Positions 10,046 through 21,982 of a stretch of DNA of 40,520 bases are shown here, piece by piece. Position 1 is the stretch's first letter. The number at the start of each line of letters is the position of its first letter. The notes below the pieces were generated by a model. That model was not told the DNA's origin. It saw only the letters and a program-made list of their open reading frames with translations, and searched no databases. Origin of the DNA: an uncultured cyanobacterium (GTDB lineage: Bacteria > Cyanobacteriota > Cyanobacteriia > PCC-6307 > Cyanobiaceae); contig CAVONQ010000017.1 of assembly GCA_963697335.1 (NCBI GenBank), positions 1 through 40,520 of the forward strand, written 5' to 3'. A program made the position numbers and the translations under genes.

Positions 10046-11128
10046 ATGGCCGCCACTCCCCCTCCCGCCAGTCCGTCCCCAGGCTCCGCTGCGCCCGGCC
10101 GCCCGGCCGCCTGGAGCGCTCTGCTGGAGCAGCTGCTGGCCGGCGAGGCCCTCTCGGCGCAGCAGGCCACGGCGCTGATGCGGGGCTGGCTGGACGAGGA
10201 GATTCCTCCCGTGCTCACCGGCGCCCTGCTGGCCGCCCTCCGGGCCAAGGGGGTGGAGGCGGAGGAACTGGCGGCGATGGCTGAGGTGTTGCTGGAGGCC
10301 TGCGCCCTGCAACTGCCCCGGCCGGCCCTGGCGCTGGTCGACACCTGCGGCACCGGGGGCGACGGCGCCGACAGCTTCAACATTTCCACGGCCGTGGCCT
10401 TCGTGGCGGCCGCCTGCGGTGTGGCCGTGGCCAAGCACGGCAACCGCAGCGCCAGTGGCCGGGTCGGCTCGGCGGACGTGCTGGAGGCCCTGGGGATCCA
10501 TCTGCAGGCGCCCCAGGAGCAGGTGCTGGCCGCCCTGCCCCGGGCTGGACTCACCTTTCTCTTTGCCCCCGGCTGGCACCCCGCCCTGGTGGGTCTGGCG
10601 CCGCTGCGCCGCAGCCTGGGGGTGCGCACCGTGTTCAACCTGCTGGGGCCCCTGGTGAATCCCCTGAGGCCGGAGGCCCAGGTGCTGGGCGTGGCCCGTG
10701 CCGACCTGCTCGACCCCATGGCCGGCGCCCTGGCCCGCCTCGGCCTGCGTCGGGCCGTGGTGGTGCATGGAGCCGGCGGGCTCGATGAGGCCTCCCTGGC
10801 CGGGGTGAATGAGCTGCGGCTGGTGGAAAACGGCCAGGTGCGCAACGACCAGCTCGACCCGGAAGCGCTCGGCATGGCCAGCGCCCCGATCACGGCCCTG
10901 GCGGGTGGCGACCTGGCCACCAACCAGGCCATTCTCGAAGCCGTGCTGCAGGGCCGTGGCAGCCAGCCCCAGCACGATGTGGTGGCCCTCAATGCCGCCC
11001 TGGTGCTGTGGGCGGCCGGCCTGAGCGAGACCCCGGCAGCGGGCTGTGAACCGGCCCGCCGGGCCATGGCCGATGGCGCCGCCTGGCGCACCCTGCAGGC
11101 CCTGCAGGAGGCCCTGGCGCCGGGTTGA
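10046..11128 (+). CDS. trpD: anthranilate phosphoribosyltransferase
   Basis: DTCGTGGDG, NIST, KHGNRSAS and RTVFNLLGPLVNP. Confidence 0.96.
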   Translation: MAATPPPASPSPGSAAPGRPAAWSALLEQLLAGEALSAQQATALMRGWLDEEIPPVLTGALLAALRAKGVEAEELAAMAEVLLEACALQLPRPALALVDTCGTGGDGADSFNISTAVAFVAAACGVAVAKHGNRSASGRVGSADVLEALGIHLQAPQEQVLAALPRAGLTFLFAPGWHPALVGLAPLRRSLGVRTVFNLLGPLVNPLRPEAQVLGVARADLLDPMAGALARLGLRRAVVVHGAGGLDEASLAGVNELRLVENGQVRNDQLDPEALGMASAPITALAGGDLATNQAILEAVLQGRGSQPQHDVVALNAALVLWAAGLSETPAAGCEPARRAMADGAAWRTLQALQEALAPG

Positions 11129-11320
11129 GCCGGGCAGTGCCCATTCACACCGGCGGCGGCGGCGACCCAGGTGATGATCGACGCGGCGGCAAGCGTTCCC
11201 CGGCGCCATTCGACCCCCAACCTCTCTCCGCAGCCTCTCTCCGAGTCCTCTCCCCGCACCCTCTCTCTTCGCCAGCCTGTGCCCGACACCGCCCTCCTCG
11301 ACACCGCTCTGCCCGACACC

Positions 11321-12460
11321 ATGACCGCCTCGCCGCGAGCCGCCCTGCTGGTGCTGGCCGACGGCACCCTGTTGCGGGGTGAGGCCTTCGGCGCCGTGGG
11401 CACGGCCATCGGTGAGGTGGTGTTCAACACCGGCATGACCGGTTACCAGGAGGTGATGACCGATCCGAGCTACTCCGGCCAGCTCGTGACCTTCACCTAC
11501 CCCGAACTGGGCAACACCGGCGTCAACTCCGCCGACCAGGAAGCTCCCCGGCCCCATGTGCGCGGCGTGATCGCCCGCCAGCTGGCCCCCGTCGCCAGCA
11601 ACTGGCGATCCGAGGCCAGCCTGTCCTCCTGGCTGGAGCAGCACGGCGTGGTGGGCATCCGCGGCGTCGACACCCGCGCCCTGGTGCGCCACCTGCGCGA
11701 AGGCGGCGCCATCAACGGGGCGATCAGCAGCGATGGCACCTCCGCCGCCGCCCTGCTGGCCGAGGTCACGGCGGCTCCGTCGATGCAGGGGCTGGATCTG
11801 GCCTCCCGGGTCAGCACCGCCGAGCCCTACACCTGGACCTCCACCTGCCAGGCGGGCTTTGACGAGCGGCTCCAGCCCTCACCGGATCAGCCCTACCGCG
11901 TGGTGGCGATCGATTTCGGCATCAAGCGCGCCATCCTCGATCGCCTGGTGGCCCACGGCTGCGCCGTCACCGTGCTGCCCTCCAGCTCCAGCCTGGAGGA
12001 GGTGATGGCCCTCCGCCCCGAGGGGGTGTTCCTCTCCAACGGTCCGGGCGACCCCTCGGCCGTCACCAGTGGCGTGGCGTTGGTGAAGGGGTTGTTGCTG
12101 CAGGCCGATCTGCCCCTGTTCGGCATCTGCATGGGGCACCAGATCCTGGCCCTGGCCCTGGGGGGGCGCAGCTTCAAGCTGGGCTACGGCCACCGGGGCC
12201 TCAACCATCCCTGCGGCAGCCCTGGCCAGGTGGAGATCACCAGCCAGAACCACGGGTTTGCGATCGCCGCCGATTCTCTGCCGCCGGAGCGGGTGACCAT
12301 CACCCATCTCAATCTCAACGACCGCACCGTGGCGGCCCTGGCCCTGCGCGATCAGCCGGTGTTCGGGATCCAATACCACCCTGAGGCCAGCCCGGGGCCC
12401 CACGACGCCGACCACCACTTCGGCCGCTTCGCCGCCCTGATGGCCGAGCGCCGGGTCTGA
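11321..12460 (+). CDS. carA: carbamoyl-phosphate synthase small subunit
   Basis: [29 protein letters not shown] and [12 protein letters not shown]. Confidence 0.96.
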   Translation: MTASPRAALLVLADGTLLRGEAFGAVGTAIGEVVFNTGMTGYQEVMTDPSYSGQLVTFTYPELGNTGVNSADQEAPRPHVRGVIARQLAPVASNWRSEASLSSWLEQHGVVGIRGVDTRALVRHLREGGAINGAISSDGTSAAALLAEVTAAPSMQGLDLASRVSTAEPYTWTSTCQAGFDERLQPSPDQPYRVVAIDFGIKRAILDRLVAHGCAVTVLPSSSSLEEVMALRPEGVFLSNGPGDPSAVTSGVALVKGLLLQADLPLFGICMGHQILALALGGRSFKLGYGHRGLNHPCGSPGQVEITSQNHGFAIAADSLPPERVTITHLNLNDRTVAALALRDQPVFGIQYHPEASPGPHDADHHFGRFAALMAERRV

Positions 12461-12575
12461 AGCGTGGCGCCACGCGCACTTTTGTGCTGGTCTGCTGCAA
12501 GCGCGGTAGGGCTCTCTACACTCCCCGCAGTCACGCCTTGGGGGCAGAGCTATCACCGATCTGCAGCGTCTCACG

Positions 12576-12914
12576 GTGTCCCTGCGCGGCGGCTTTGAGC
12601 AGCAGGCCCGCTGTCAGTTGTTCCGTTTCACCGGGCAGCTGGATGCCTATTCCGACAAGCAATTCGGCACCTTCATTGCCGAGCACCGCAGCCCGAGCCA
12701 GCCCCTGGTGGTGGATCTGAGCAGCATCGACTTCATCGATTCCTCAGGACTCGGTGCCCTGGTGCAGCTGGCCAAACAGTGCAACACCGACAAGCAGCAG
12801 TTTCTGCTGGTGGGCAATGCCCGGGTGGTGCAGACGGTGAAGCTGGTGCGCCTCGAGGAGTTCCTGCACCTGCAGCCCGACCTCAGCACCGCCCTTGACC
12901 GCCTCACCGCCTGA
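12576..12914 (+). CDS. STAS-domain anti-sigma factor antagonist
   Basis: VVDLSSIDFIDSSGLGALV motif. Confidence 0.9.
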   Translation: MSLRGGFEQQARCQLFRFTGQLDAYSDKQFGTFIAEHRSPSQPLVVDLSSIDFIDSSGLGALVQLAKQCNTDKQQFLLVGNARVVQTVKLVRLEEFLHLQPDLSTALDRLTA

Positions 12915-13329
12915 GCCGGACGGCCCAGCCCCGTTGAGCTGGTTGGCGGATCTGCAGGCCCGCCCCCCGGCCTCCGAGCTGGGTCCACTGCAGCTGGCCT
13001 GGCTTGGCGATGCCGTGTGGGAACTGCACCAGCGGCTGGAGCGCTGCCGCACGCCGGCCCGGGCCAGGGATCTGCATCGCCAGGTGGTGGACGAGGTGCG
13101 CGCCGAGGCCCAGGCGAGGCTGTTGGGCCAGCTGGAGGACTGGCTGACGCCGGCGGAAGCGGACCTGGTGCGGCGGGCCCGCAACCGTGCCGGCCGGGGA
13201 CCGCGGGGCAGCGACCCCGCCACCTACGCCAGGGCCACGGGGTTTGAGGCGTTGCTGGGCTGGCTGTTCCTGCACGATCCGCCCCGGTTGGTCGTGCTGC
13301 TAGATCACTTGCAGCACCACAACCCCTGA
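12895..13329 (+). CDS. mrnC: Mini-ribonuclease III
   Basis: LAWLGDAVWEL, RRARN and YARATGFEALLGWL, upstream of rlmB. Start uncertain. Confidence 0.88.
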   Translation: MTASPPEPDGPAPLSWLADLQARPPASELGPLQLAWLGDAVWELHQRLERCRTPARARDLHRQVVDEVRAEAQARLLGQLEDWLTPAEADLVRRARNRAGRGPRGSDPATYARATGFEALLGWLFLHDPPRLVVLLDHLQHHNP

Positions 13330-13341
13330 TCCGCGCCGACC

Positions 13342-15081
13342 ATGAGCCCTCGATTCGATCGCCGTCCGGACAAGCGGACGGGCAGTGGGGGCCGAGGGGC
13401 CGCGCGCCCGGGCCGGGATGGAGGCCGTTTCTACGGCCGCGACCGGGAGGGTTCCAAGGAGGGCCCCAGGGAGGGCCCCCGCGAGGGCAGCCGCCCGGGC
13501 CGGGACGATTCGGGAGGCCCCCGCAGCCGAGCTGGCGACACGGGCTGGGATCGCGCCCGTCCAGCGGCCGCCCGCCGGCTGGCAGGCCCCCGCAGCCAGG
13601 GGGAGCGCAGCTCCTTCTCCCGCCGCAGCCCGGATCGCCCTGGCACGTCGGGCCGTTCCGGCTGGAACCGGGAGGGGCCGCCCCGTGACGGCGCCGCCGC
13701 AGGCGGCAGCCGCGACTGGAGCCGCCCGCCCGCCCGCCGCGAGGGCACAAGCCGCGGTCCGGCCCGCCGTTTTGAGGCTGGCCGCTCCGGCGACGCCCCC
13801 CGCAGCTACGGCGGCCCACGCCGCCCCGGAACCTCCGAGCGCCCCGCCCGGGTGGTGGCGGTGGACGCGGACCAGGCCCGTCCCCTGCCGGAGGCCGAGC
13901 GCCATGGCGAGGACAAGACCCCTGATGACCTGATCTGGGGCCGCCATCCAGCCCAGGCGGCCCTGGAAAGCGGCCGGCCGGTGCACCGCATCTGGTGCAC
14001 GCCGGAACTGCGCTTCAGCCCCCGCTTTCTGCAGCTGCTGCGCGAGGCCAAGGCCTCGGGTGTGCTGGTGGAGGAGGTCACCTGGGCCAGGCTCGGCCAG
14101 CTCACGGGCGGGGCCGTGCACCAGGGCATCGTGCTGCAGGCCGCCGCCGCCGAAACCCTCGACCTCACCTCCCTGATCGAGGGGTGCCGCACGGTGGGCG
14201 AGCCGCCGCTGCTGATGGCCCTTGATGGCATCACCGACCCGCACAACCTCGGCGCCATCGCCCGCAGCGCCGAGGCCCTGGGAGCCCACGGCATGGTGTT
14301 GCCCCAGCGCCGCAGCGCCGGTCTGACGGGCTCGGTGGCCAAGGTGGCCGCCGGTGCCCTGGAGCACCTGCCCGTGGCCCGGGTGGTGAACCTCAACCGG
14401 GCCCTCGAGACCCTCAAGGAGGAGGGCTACCGGGTGGTGGGCCTCGCTTCCGAGGGCACGGTGAGCCTGGAGCAGGCCGACCTGGAGGGTCCGCTGGTGA
14501 TCGTCACCGGCTCCGAATCCGACGGCCTGGCGATGCTCACCCGCAAGCATTGCGACCAGCTGGTGAGCATTCCGCTGCGGGGCGCCACCCCCAGCCTGAA
14601 TGCCTCCGTGGCCACGGCGATGCTGCTCTATGAGGTGGCCCGCCGCGGCTGGATGCAGGGCCTCAAGGGGGGCCAACCCGCGCCCCGGCTGCGCCGCCCC
14701 CAGCTGCCGGTGCCCCAGCCGCTCGCTGAGGCCCAGCCTGCCGTCCTCGATGTGCCTCCTGCTGCGGAACAGGCCCTGGAGTCAGTTGCGTCTGAGGCGG
14801 CCGCCGAACCGCAGGAGCCCTCGGCAGCCTTGCCAGAGGCTCTCTCAGAGGTGTCTTCGGTGCTCGAGTCAGAAGGGCTGATTCAGGCCGATTCCGTGGA
14901 GCAGCCCGAATTCCTGCCTGAGCCCAGCTCCGACACCCCTGCCGCACCCCTGGCCGAGGCCCCCATCCCCGAGCCCCCTGTTCAGCCCGTTCCGGAGTTG
15001 CCCCAAGCCACTCCCGAGCTGGTGCAGGCGGACGCTTCCCCCAGCTCCGATCCGGCCTTTGGCGCTGACATCACCCTCTGA
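13342..15081 (+). CDS. rlmB: 23S rRNA (G2251-2'-O)-methyltransferase with long disordered N- and C-terminal extensions
   Basis: IWGRHP, HQGIV, DGITDPHNLGAIARSA and SLNASVA SPOUT motifs. Confidence 0.92.
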   Translation: MSPRFDRRPDKRTGSGGRGAARPGRDGGRFYGRDREGSKEGPREGPREGSRPGRDDSGGPRSRAGDTGWDRARPAAARRLAGPRSQGERSSFSRRSPDRPGTSGRSGWNREGPPRDGAAAGGSRDWSRPPARREGTSRGPARRFEAGRSGDAPRSYGGPRRPGTSERPARVVAVDADQARPLPEAERHGEDKTPDDLIWGRHPAQAALESGRPVHRIWCTPELRFSPRFLQLLREAKASGVLVEEVTWARLGQLTGGAVHQGIVLQAAAAETLDLTSLIEGCRTVGEPPLLMALDGITDPHNLGAIARSAEALGAHGMVLPQRRSAGLTGSVAKVAAGALEHLPVARVVNLNRALETLKEEGYRVVGLASEGTVSLEQADLEGPLVIVTGSESDGLAMLTRKHCDQLVSIPLRGATPSLNASVATAMLLYEVARRGWMQGLKGGQPAPRLRRPQLPVPQPLAEAQPAVLDVPPAAEQALESVASEAAAEPQEPSAALPEALSEVSSVLESEGLIQADSVEQPEFLPEPSSDTPAAPLAEAPIPEPPVQPVPELPQATPELVQADASPSSDPAFGADITL

Positions 15082-15144
15082 CCCCGGCCGGGTAGGAGCG
15101 GTCCAGCGGGCGGGCACAATGGGGCCCTCTGAAGACTTCCGTGC

Positions 15145-15384
15145 ATGAACCTGCTGCTCTGGCCTGTGCGCAGCTGCGCCAACGGTCTGGGTCTGGCCTG
15201 GTGGGCCCGGGTTCGTACCCAGTCTCCCGAGGTCACGTACTGGTTCGGTCCCTTTTTGCGGCGCAGCAGCCTGGAGGCCCGGCTGCCGGCCTTTGTGGCC
15301 GATCTTCAGGCCGAAGCGCCCGGTTCCCTGGATGTGGATCTGCTGCGCCTTCGACGCGGTGAGCCCCTCACCGAGGTTGGCTGA
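15145..15384 (+). CDS. DUF1816-family protein
   Basis: GLAWWARVRTQSPEVTYWFGPF motif. Confidence 0.85.
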   Translation: MNLLLWPVRSCANGLGLAWWARVRTQSPEVTYWFGPFLRRSSLEARLPAFVADLQAEAPGSLDVDLLRLRRGEPLTEVG

Positions 15385-15414
15385 TAGCGTCGCTCCAGAC
15401 AGCTGAGCGGTTGG

Positions 15415-16875
15415 ATGGGTATCGCCGAATGGCGTGGGCAGCTGGAGCGCGGCGAGGTGTCAGCCCGGGAGCTCACGGATCTCCATCTGGCCCGCATCGA
15501 CGCCGTGGACGGCACCGTGAAGGCCTTCCTCACCGTGACGGCCGAGCGGGCCCGGTCCGATGCCGACCGCATCGATGCCGCCCGGGCCGCCGGTGAACCC
15601 CTGCCCCCCCTGGCCGGGATTCCGCTGGCGATCAAGGACAACCTCTGCACCGCCGGCATCGCCACCACCTGCTCCAGCCGCATGCTGGAGGGCTTCGTGC
15701 CGCCCTACGAGTCCACCGTCACCGAACGGCTGTGGCAGGCCGGGGCGGTGCTGGTCGGCAAGACCAATCTCGATGAGTTCGCCATGGGCAGCTCCACCGA
15801 GACCTCCGCCTTCGGGCCCAGCCACAACCCCTGGAACCCCGAGACGGTGCCGGGCGGCAGTTCGGGCGGCAGCGCCGCGGCCGTGGCCGCCGGGGAGTGC
15901 CTCGGTTCGCTCGGCTCGGACACGGGCGGTTCGATCCGTCAGCCCGCCTCCTTCTGCGGCGTGGTGGGGCTCAAGCCCACCTACGGCCGCGTCAGCCGCT
16001 ACGGGCTGGTGGCCTTCGCCAGCTCCCTCGATCAGGTGGGCCCCTTCAGCCGCAGCGTGGCCGATGCGGCGGAACTGCTGCAGGTGATCGCCGGCCCCGA
16101 TCCCCGCGACTCCACCTGCCTGCGGCTGCCAGTGCCCGACTACCGCGTCGCGCTGCAGCAGCCGGTGGCGGGGCTGCGGGTGGGCATCGTGCGCGAGTGC
16201 CTGGAGGCCGAGGGCCTGGCCCCCGAGGTGAAGGCCTCCGTGCTCGAGGCCGCCGCCACCCTGGAGCGGCTGGGCTGCGAGCTGGTGGAGGTGAGCTGCC
16301 CCCGCTTCAACGATGGCATCGCCACCTACTACGTGATTGCCCCGTCGGAGGCCTCGGCCAACCTGGCCCGCTACGACGGCGTCAAGTACGGCTACCGGGC
16401 CGAAGGGGCCACCAGCCTGGCGGAGATGACAGCCCGCAGCCGCGCCGAGGGCTTCGGCGACGAAGTGCAGCGCCGCATCCTGATCGGCACCTACGCCCTC
16501 TCGGCCGGCTACGTGGACGCCTATTACAAGAAGGCCCAGCAGGTGCGCACCCTGATCCGGCGCGACTTCGACCGGGCCTTCGAGGCGGTGGACGTGCTGC
16601 TCACCCCCACCTCCCCCACCACCGCCTTCGGCTTCGGCGCCCACACCGACGACCCCCTGGCCATGTACCTGGCCGACCTGCTCACGATCCCGGCCAACAT
16701 GGCCGGCCTGCCGGCGATCAGCGTGCCCTGTGGCTTTGATGGGCGCGGCCTGCCGATCGGCCTGCAGCTGATCACCAATGTGCTGGAGGAGGGGCTGCTG
16801 CTGCAGGTGGCGCACCACTATGAGCTGGCCGCCAGGGTGATGGAGCAGCGTCCCGAGGCGGCCCTGGCCGTCTGA
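15415..16875 (+). CDS. gatA: Asp-tRNA(Asn)/Glu-tRNA(Gln) amidotransferase subunit A
   Basis: [35 protein letters not shown] and [14 protein letters not shown]. Confidence 0.97.
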   Translation: MGIAEWRGQLERGEVSARELTDLHLARIDAVDGTVKAFLTVTAERARSDADRIDAARAAGEPLPPLAGIPLAIKDNLCTAGIATTCSSRMLEGFVPPYESTVTERLWQAGAVLVGKTNLDEFAMGSSTETSAFGPSHNPWNPETVPGGSSGGSAAAVAAGECLGSLGSDTGGSIRQPASFCGVVGLKPTYGRVSRYGLVAFASSLDQVGPFSRSVADAAELLQVIAGPDPRDSTCLRLPVPDYRVALQQPVAGLRVGIVRECLEAEGLAPEVKASVLEAAATLERLGCELVEVSCPRFNDGIATYYVIAPSEASANLARYDGVKYGYRAEGATSLAEMTARSRAEGFGDEVQRRILIGTYALSAGYVDAYYKKAQQVRTLIRRDFDRAFEAVDVLLTPTSPTTAFGFGAHTDDPLAMYLADLLTIPANMAGLPAISVPCGFDGRGLPIGLQLITNVLEEGLLLQVAHHYELAARVMEQRPEAALAV

Positions 16876-16935
16876 GCTGCCCCCCCCAGATCTGGTGGTG
16901 TGGACCTACTCTGACCACCACAGATGCGGTTGTCC

Positions 16936-19900
16936 GTGGCCTTCGTCCCCCTCCACAACCACAGCGACTACAGCCTTCTGGATGGGGCCAGCCAGCTGCC
17001 GGCCATGGTGGAGCGCGCCGTGGCGCTGGGCATGCCGGCCCTGGCCCTCACCGACCACGGCGTCATGTACGGCGCCATCGAACTGCTGAAGCTCTGCGCC
17101 AAGGCCGGCATCAAGCCGATCATCGGCAATGAGATGTACGTGATCAACGGCTCTCTGGACGATCCCAACCCGCCCAAGAAGGAGCGGCGTTATCACCTGG
17201 TGGTGCTGGCCAAGAACGCGGTGGGCTACCGCAACCTGGTGAAGCTCACCTCCCTCAGCCACCTGCGCGGCATGCGCGGCCGGGGCATCTTCGCGAGGGC
17301 CTGCATCGACAAGCAGCTGCTGCGCCAGCACAGCGAGGGACTGATCGTGGCCACGGCCTGCCTGGGCGGCGAGATCCCCCAGGCGATCCTGCGGGGCCGG
17401 CCCGAGGTGGCCCGCGAGGTGGCGGCCTGGTATCAGGAGGTGTTCGGCGACGACTTCTACCTCGAGATCCAGGACCACGGCGGCCTTGAAGATCGCATCG
17501 TCAACAGCGGCATCGCCCGCATCGGTGCCGAGCTGGGCATCGAGCTGATCGCCACCAACGACGCCCACTACCTCAGCGTCGGCGATGTGGAGGCCCATGA
17601 CGCCCTGCTGTGCGTGCTCACCGGCAAGCTGATCAGTGACGAGAAGCGGCTGCGCTACACCGGCACGGAATACATCAAGAGCGAGGCCGAGATGCTCGGC
17701 CTGTTCGCCGATCACCTGGAGCCGGAGCTGATCGAGCGGGCGGTGGCCAACACGGCCCGGGTGGCCGAGAAGGTGGACGACTACGACATCCTGGGTCGCT
17801 ACCAGATGCCCCGTTTCCCGATCCCGGCAGGCCACACCGCCGTGAGCTATCTCACCAGCGTGGCGGAGCAGGGCCTGCGCGATCGGCTGGAGCTGGCCGC
17901 CGAGGCTCCCTTCGATCCCGCCTATGGCGAACGGCTGCACTTCGAGCTGCAGGTGATGGAGCAGATGGGCTTCCCCACCTACTTCCTGGTGGTGTGGGAC
18001 TACATCCGCTTCGCCCGCGACAGTGGCATCCCGGTGGGACCGGGCCGGGGGTCGGCGGCGGGTTCCCTGGTGGCCTATGCCCTGGGCATCACCAACATCG
18101 ATCCGGTGGTGCATGGGTTGCTGTTCGAGCGCTTCCTCAATCCGGAGCGCAAGTCGATGCCTGACATCGACACCGACTTCTGCATCGAACGCCGCGGCGA
18201 GGTGATCGAGTACGTGACCAAGCGCTACGGCGAAGACAAGGTGGCCCAGATCATCACCTTCAACCGCATGACCTCCAAGGCCGTGCTCAAGGACGTGGCC
18301 CGGGTGCTGGACATTCCCTATGGCGATGCCGACCGCCTGGCCAAGTTGATCCCGGTGGTGCGCGGCAAACCGGCCAAGCTCAAGGAGATGATCGGGGCGG
18401 AGTCACCGGCGCCGGAATTCCGCGAGAAGTACGACCGGGATCCCGAGGTGCGCCGCTGGGTGGACATGGCGATGCGCATCGAGGGCACCAACAAGACCTT
18501 CGGGGTGCACGCGGCCGGCGTGGTGATCGCCGCCGATCCCCTCGATCAGCTGGTGCCGCTGCAGCGCAACAACGACGGCCAGGTGATCACCCAGTACTTC
18601 ATGGAAGACGTGGAGTCGATGGGGCTGCTGAAGATGGACTTCCTCGGCCTCAAGAACCTCACCATGATCGACAAGACCCTGGCGCTGGTGGAGCAGAGCA
18701 CCGGCACCCGGGTGGATCCCGACCGCCTGCCGCTCGATGATCCCGCCACTTACAGCCTGCTGGCCCGCGGCGATCTGGAGGGCATCTTCCAGCTGGAATC
18801 GAGCGGCATGCGCCAGATCGTGCGCGATCTCAAGCCCTCATCCCTGGAGGACATCTCCTCGATCCTGGCGCTCTACCGGCCGGGCCCACTGGATGCGGGG
18901 CTGATTCCCAAGTTCATCAACCGCAAACACGGCCGCGAAGCGATTGAGGTGGTGCACGCAGCCCTGAAGCCGATCCTGAGCGAAACCTACGGGATCATGG
19001 TGTACCAGGAGCAGATCATGAAGATCGCCCAGGACCTGGCCGGCTATTCCCTGGGTGAGGCGGATCTGCTGCGCCGGGCGATGGGCAAGAAGAAGAAGAG
19101 TGAGATGGAGAAACACCAGAGCCTGTTTGTCCAGGGGGCCACCGATCGCGGCGTGGAGCCCCAGGTGGCCGAAACGCTGTTCGAGCAGATGGTGTTGTTC
19201 GCCGAGTACTGCTTCAACAAGAGCCACTCCACGGCCTATGGCGCCGTGACCTTCCAGACCGCCTATCTCAAGGCCCACTACCCCGTGGCCTACATGGCGG
19301 CCCTGCTCACGGTGAATGCCGGGGCCTCCGACAAGGTGCAGCGCTACATCGCCAACTGCAATGCTATGGGCATCGAGGTGATGCCGCCGGATGTGAATGC
19401 CTCCGGCATCGACTTCACGCCGGTGGGTGATCGCATCCTGTTTGGTCTCTCAGCGGTGCGCAATCTGGGCGATGGCGCCATCCGCCAGCTGCTGGAGATC
19501 CGCAGCAACGATGGCCCGTTCCTGGGGCTTGCCGATCTCTGCGACCGCATCCCCGGCCACCAGCTCAACCGCCGCGCCCTTGAGGCCCTGATCCACTCGG
19601 GGGCCCTCGATGCCCTGGAGCCCGCCGCCAACCGGGCCCAGCTGATGGCCGATCTGGATCTGGTGCTCGACTGGTCCAGCTCCCGGGCCAAGGACCGGGC
19701 CAGCGGCCAGGGCAACCTCTTCGACCTGATGGCTGGGGCCAGCGACGAGGGCCCTGACGCTGCCGCCGGCCGGGCCGATCTGAGCACGGCCCCGAAGGCC
19801 GCCCCGGTGAAGGACTACCCCCCCACCGAGAAGCTGCGGCTGGAGAAGGAGCTGGTGGGCTTCTACCTCTCGGACCATCCGCTCAAGCAGCTGGCCCGGC

Positions 19901-20472
19901 CGGTGAAACTGCTCTCACCGCTGGCCCTGGCCCACCTGGAGGAGCAGGCCGACAAGGCCAAGGTGAGTGCCGTGGTGATGGTGCCGGAGCTGCGCCAGGT
20001 GAACACCCGCAAGGGCGATCGCATGGCCGTGCTGCAGCTCGAAGACCTCACCGGCAGCTGCGAGGCCGTGGTGTTCCCCCGCAGCTACGCCCGCCTGGCC
20101 GACCACCTCATGGTGGATGCCCGCCTGCTGGTGTGGGCCACGGTGGATCGCCGCGATGACCGGGTGCAGCTGATCGTGGACGACTGCCGCTCGATCGACG
20201 ATCTGCAGCTGCTGATGGTGGAGCTGCCCGCCGACCAGGCCGGTGACATCGCCATCCAGCACCGCCTGCGGGAATGCCTGCACCGGCACCGTCCGCCCCA
20301 GGACGAAGTCGGCCAGCGGGTGCCGGTGGTGGCCCTGGTGCAGCAGGGGGAGGCGGTGCGCTTCGTGCGCCTCGGCCCCCAGTTCTGCGTTTCGGATCCC
20401 GCCGCCGCCCTGGACACCCTCACGGCTGCGGCGTTTCAGGCGCGCATCAGCGCGCCACTGCTGGCGGCCTAG
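16936..20472 (+). CDS. dnaE: DNA polymerase III alpha subunit (unsplit, intein-free)
   Basis: PHP motif [29 protein letters not shown] and AEYCFNKSH. Start at 16924 or 16936. Confidence 0.97.
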   Translation: MAFVPLHNHSDYSLLDGASQLPAMVERAVALGMPALALTDHGVMYGAIELLKLCAKAGIKPIIGNEMYVINGSLDDPNPPKKERRYHLVVLAKNAVGYRNLVKLTSLSHLRGMRGRGIFARACIDKQLLRQHSEGLIVATACLGGEIPQAILRGRPEVAREVAAWYQEVFGDDFYLEIQDHGGLEDRIVNSGIARIGAELGIELIATNDAHYLSVGDVEAHDALLCVLTGKLISDEKRLRYTGTEYIKSEAEMLGLFADHLEPELIERAVANTARVAEKVDDYDILGRYQMPRFPIPAGHTAVSYLTSVAEQGLRDRLELAAEAPFDPAYGERLHFELQVMEQMGFPTYFLVVWDYIRFARDSGIPVGPGRGSAAGSLVAYALGITNIDPVVHGLLFERFLNPERKSMPDIDTDFCIERRGEVIEYVTKRYGEDKVAQIITFNRMTSKAVLKDVARVLDIPYGDADRLAKLIPVVRGKPAKLKEMIGAESPAPEFREKYDRDPEVRRWVDMAMRIEGTNKTFGVHAAGVVIAADPLDQLVPLQRNNDGQVITQYFMEDVESMGLLKMDFLGLKNLTMIDKTLALVEQSTGTRVDPDRLPLDDPATYSLLARGDLEGIFQLESSGMRQIVRDLKPSSLEDISSILALYRPGPLDAGLIPKFINRKHGREAIEVVHAALKPILSETYGIMVYQEQIMKIAQDLAGYSLGEADLLRRAMGKKKKSEMEKHQSLFVQGATDRGVEPQVAETLFEQMVLFAEYCFNKSHSTAYGAVTFQTAYLKAHYPVAYMAALLTVNAGASDKVQRYIANCNAMGIEVMPPDVNASGIDFTPVGDRILFGLSAVRNLGDGAIRQLLEIRSNDGPFLGLADLCDRIPGHQLNRRALEALIHSGALDALEPAANRAQLMADLDLVLDWSSSRAKDRASGQGNLFDLMAGASDEGPDAAAGRADLSTAPKAAPVKDYPPTEKLRLEKELVGFYLSDHPLKQLARPVKLLSPLALAHLEEQADKAKVSAVVMVPELRQVNTRKGDRMAVLQLEDLTGSCEAVVFPRSYARLADHLMVDARLLVWATVDRRDDRVQLIVDDCRSIDDLQLLMVELPADQAGDIAIQHRLRECLHRHRPPQDEVGQRVPVVALVQQGEAVRFVRLGPQFCVSDPAAALDTLTAAAFQARISAPLLAA

Positions 20473-20915
20473 CTGCCGCCGCGCAGGCTCCGCAGCGACT
20501 GGCGCAGGCGGCCGATGTTCAGGCCCAGTTGTTCCTGACCGAGCAGGCTGCCGGGCTGGTCTTCCCAGCTGGCGGAGAGCACGCCATAGCTCAGGCCCAC
20601 CAGCCCCAGCAGGAAGCAGGCGCCGGAGGCGGCCAGGGTGAGGCCAGGGGAGATATCGGCGATCTGGCGGCTCACCAGCAGGTAGCTGCCCACGAACACG
20701 CCCATGCCCATCACGGTGGGAATGCCGGTGGCGATGGCCACCCGGCGGGCCATGCGGTTGGCCACGGCATCGGGAATGGCCCGGGCCGGAGCTTTCTTGC
20801 TGGTCGCAGCCGGAGCCTTCTTGCTGGGAACAGCCGGTGGCTTTGAGCGGCCGGAGGATGCCCCCTTGCGGCTGGCGCGGGCGGCCGCGTCATCTCCCAA
20901 CCCCTTACCGGCCAT
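20469..20915 (-). CDS. PAM68-family photosystem II assembly protein
   Basis: [12 protein letters not shown], two TM helices and YGVLSASWE...GSLLG. Downstream of rpsO, as is usual in cyanobacteria. Confidence 0.88.
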   Translation of the reverse strand: MAGKGLGDDAAARASRKGASSGRSKPPAVPSKKAPAATSKKAPARAIPDAVANRMARRVAIATGIPTVMGMGVFVGSYLLVSRQIADISPGLTLAASGACFLLGLVGLSYGVLSASWEDQPGSLLGQEQLGLNIGRLRQSLRSLRGGS

Positions 20916-20950
20916 GGACTCGCTCTGCGGTGGCGTGCTGCTGGACGGCC

Positions 20951-21220
20951 TCAGCCGCGGATGCCGAGCTTGGCGATCAGATCGGCGTAGCGCTGCTGGC
21001 TGATGCCCTTGAGGTAGCCCAGCAGGCGCTTGCGACGGCCGATCATCTTGAGCAGCCCCTGGCGGGAGGAGAAGTCGTGCTTGTTCTGCTGCAGATGGCC
21101 GGTGAGCTGGCTGATGCGCTCACTCAGCATCGCCACCTGAACTTCCACGGAACCGGTGTCGGTGCCATGGGTCTGGTGACCGTTGATCAGGTCCTGCTTC
21201 TGGGCGGTGGTGAGCGGCAT
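20951..21220 (-). CDS. rpsO: 30S ribosomal protein S15
   Basis: [12 protein letters not shown] and [20 protein letters not shown]. Confidence 0.98.
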   Translation of the reverse strand: MPLTTAQKQDLINGHQTHGTDTGSVEVQVAMLSERISQLTGHLQQNKHDFSSRQGLLKMIGRRKRLLGYLKGISQQRYADLIAKLGIRG

Positions 21221-21316
21221 GGAGTTGGGAAGTGGCGGAGCGCGAGCCTGCAGCCTGGTGGCCCCGGCAGGGCCTGCCCCGGCCTCTGCGGTGCAAACCG
21301 ATACTTTACCGCCCTG

Positions 21317-21961
21317 TCAGGCCGCCGATCGGGCCAGCCAGCGCAGGCAGCAGCGGATCCACTCCTCGGCGCTGGCGTCGGCGGCCAGCCCCTGGGCGGC
21401 CACGGCCCGCACCGCCCGGTGGATCTCCAGCCCCTCGTAACCCAGGGCGGCAAGGGTGGCGTGCAGGTCGTCGCGGCTGCCCTCGCTCAGGGCGGGCAGG
21501 GGTTCGAGATCGGCCTCGCCGCCAGGGCCCGGCCCCCCCAGGAAGCGCTCCTGCAGCCGCACCCGCAACTCCACCGCCAGCCGCTCGGCGGTGCGCTTGC
21601 CCACCCCCGGCGCCTGGCAGAGCTGGCGCAGGTCGGCCTGCACGATCGCCAGCACCAGGGCGGTGGGCTCCAGCACCCCCAGCAGGCCCAGGGCCATCTG
21701 CGGTCCGACCCCGCTCACGGCTACCAGCTCCCGGAACAGATCCCGCTCCTGGCGCTCCGCAAAGCCGAAGAGGGTCCAGCCGTCTTCGCGGATGCTCTGG
21801 TGGATGTGCAGGCCCAGGCAGGCGCCCTGGGGCGGCAGGCGCTGCCACTGCCGCTGGCTCACCTGCACCTCGTAGCCCACGCCACCGCAGACCAGCAGCA
21901 GGCCGCAGCGCTTGTCGTGCTGCCACGGATCGGTGATGTCCCCTTGCAGCCAGCCGATCAT
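21317..21961 (-). CDS. ruvA: Holliday junction branch migration protein RuvA
   Basis: MIGWLQG start, GVGYEV, VSGVGPQMAL and PGVGKRTAERL. Confidence 0.95.
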   Translation of the reverse strand: MIGWLQGDITDPWQHDKRCGLLLVCGGVGYEVQVSQRQWQRLPPQGACLGLHIHQSIREDGWTLFGFAERQERDLFRELVAVSGVGPQMALGLLGVLEPTALVLAIVQADLRQLCQAPGVGKRTAERLAVELRVRLQERFLGGPGPGGEADLEPLPALSEGSRDDLHATLAALGYEGLEIHRAVRAVAAQGLAADASAEEWIRCCLRWLARSAA

Positions 21962-21982
21962 GGGGGAAGTGAAACCGTCCCC

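Noticed and set aside
11281..11320. About 2.7 copies of a 15-nt unit (cgacaccgc core) just before the carA start
   Set aside because: Too short and local, probably slippage, with no support for a regulatory role.
13342..15081. Unusually long RlmB with Arg/Gly-rich N-terminus and Pro/Glu-rich C-terminus
   Set aside because: Disordered extensions are common in cyanobacterial RlmB, and no extra domain was recognised.
19201..19230. Split DnaE intein site (AEY/CFN)
   Set aside because: The sequence is contiguous AEYCFNKSH with no intein, which is ordinary for picocyanobacteria. Its TACTGCTTC match to the micro-element start is only 9 nt of conserved coding sequence.
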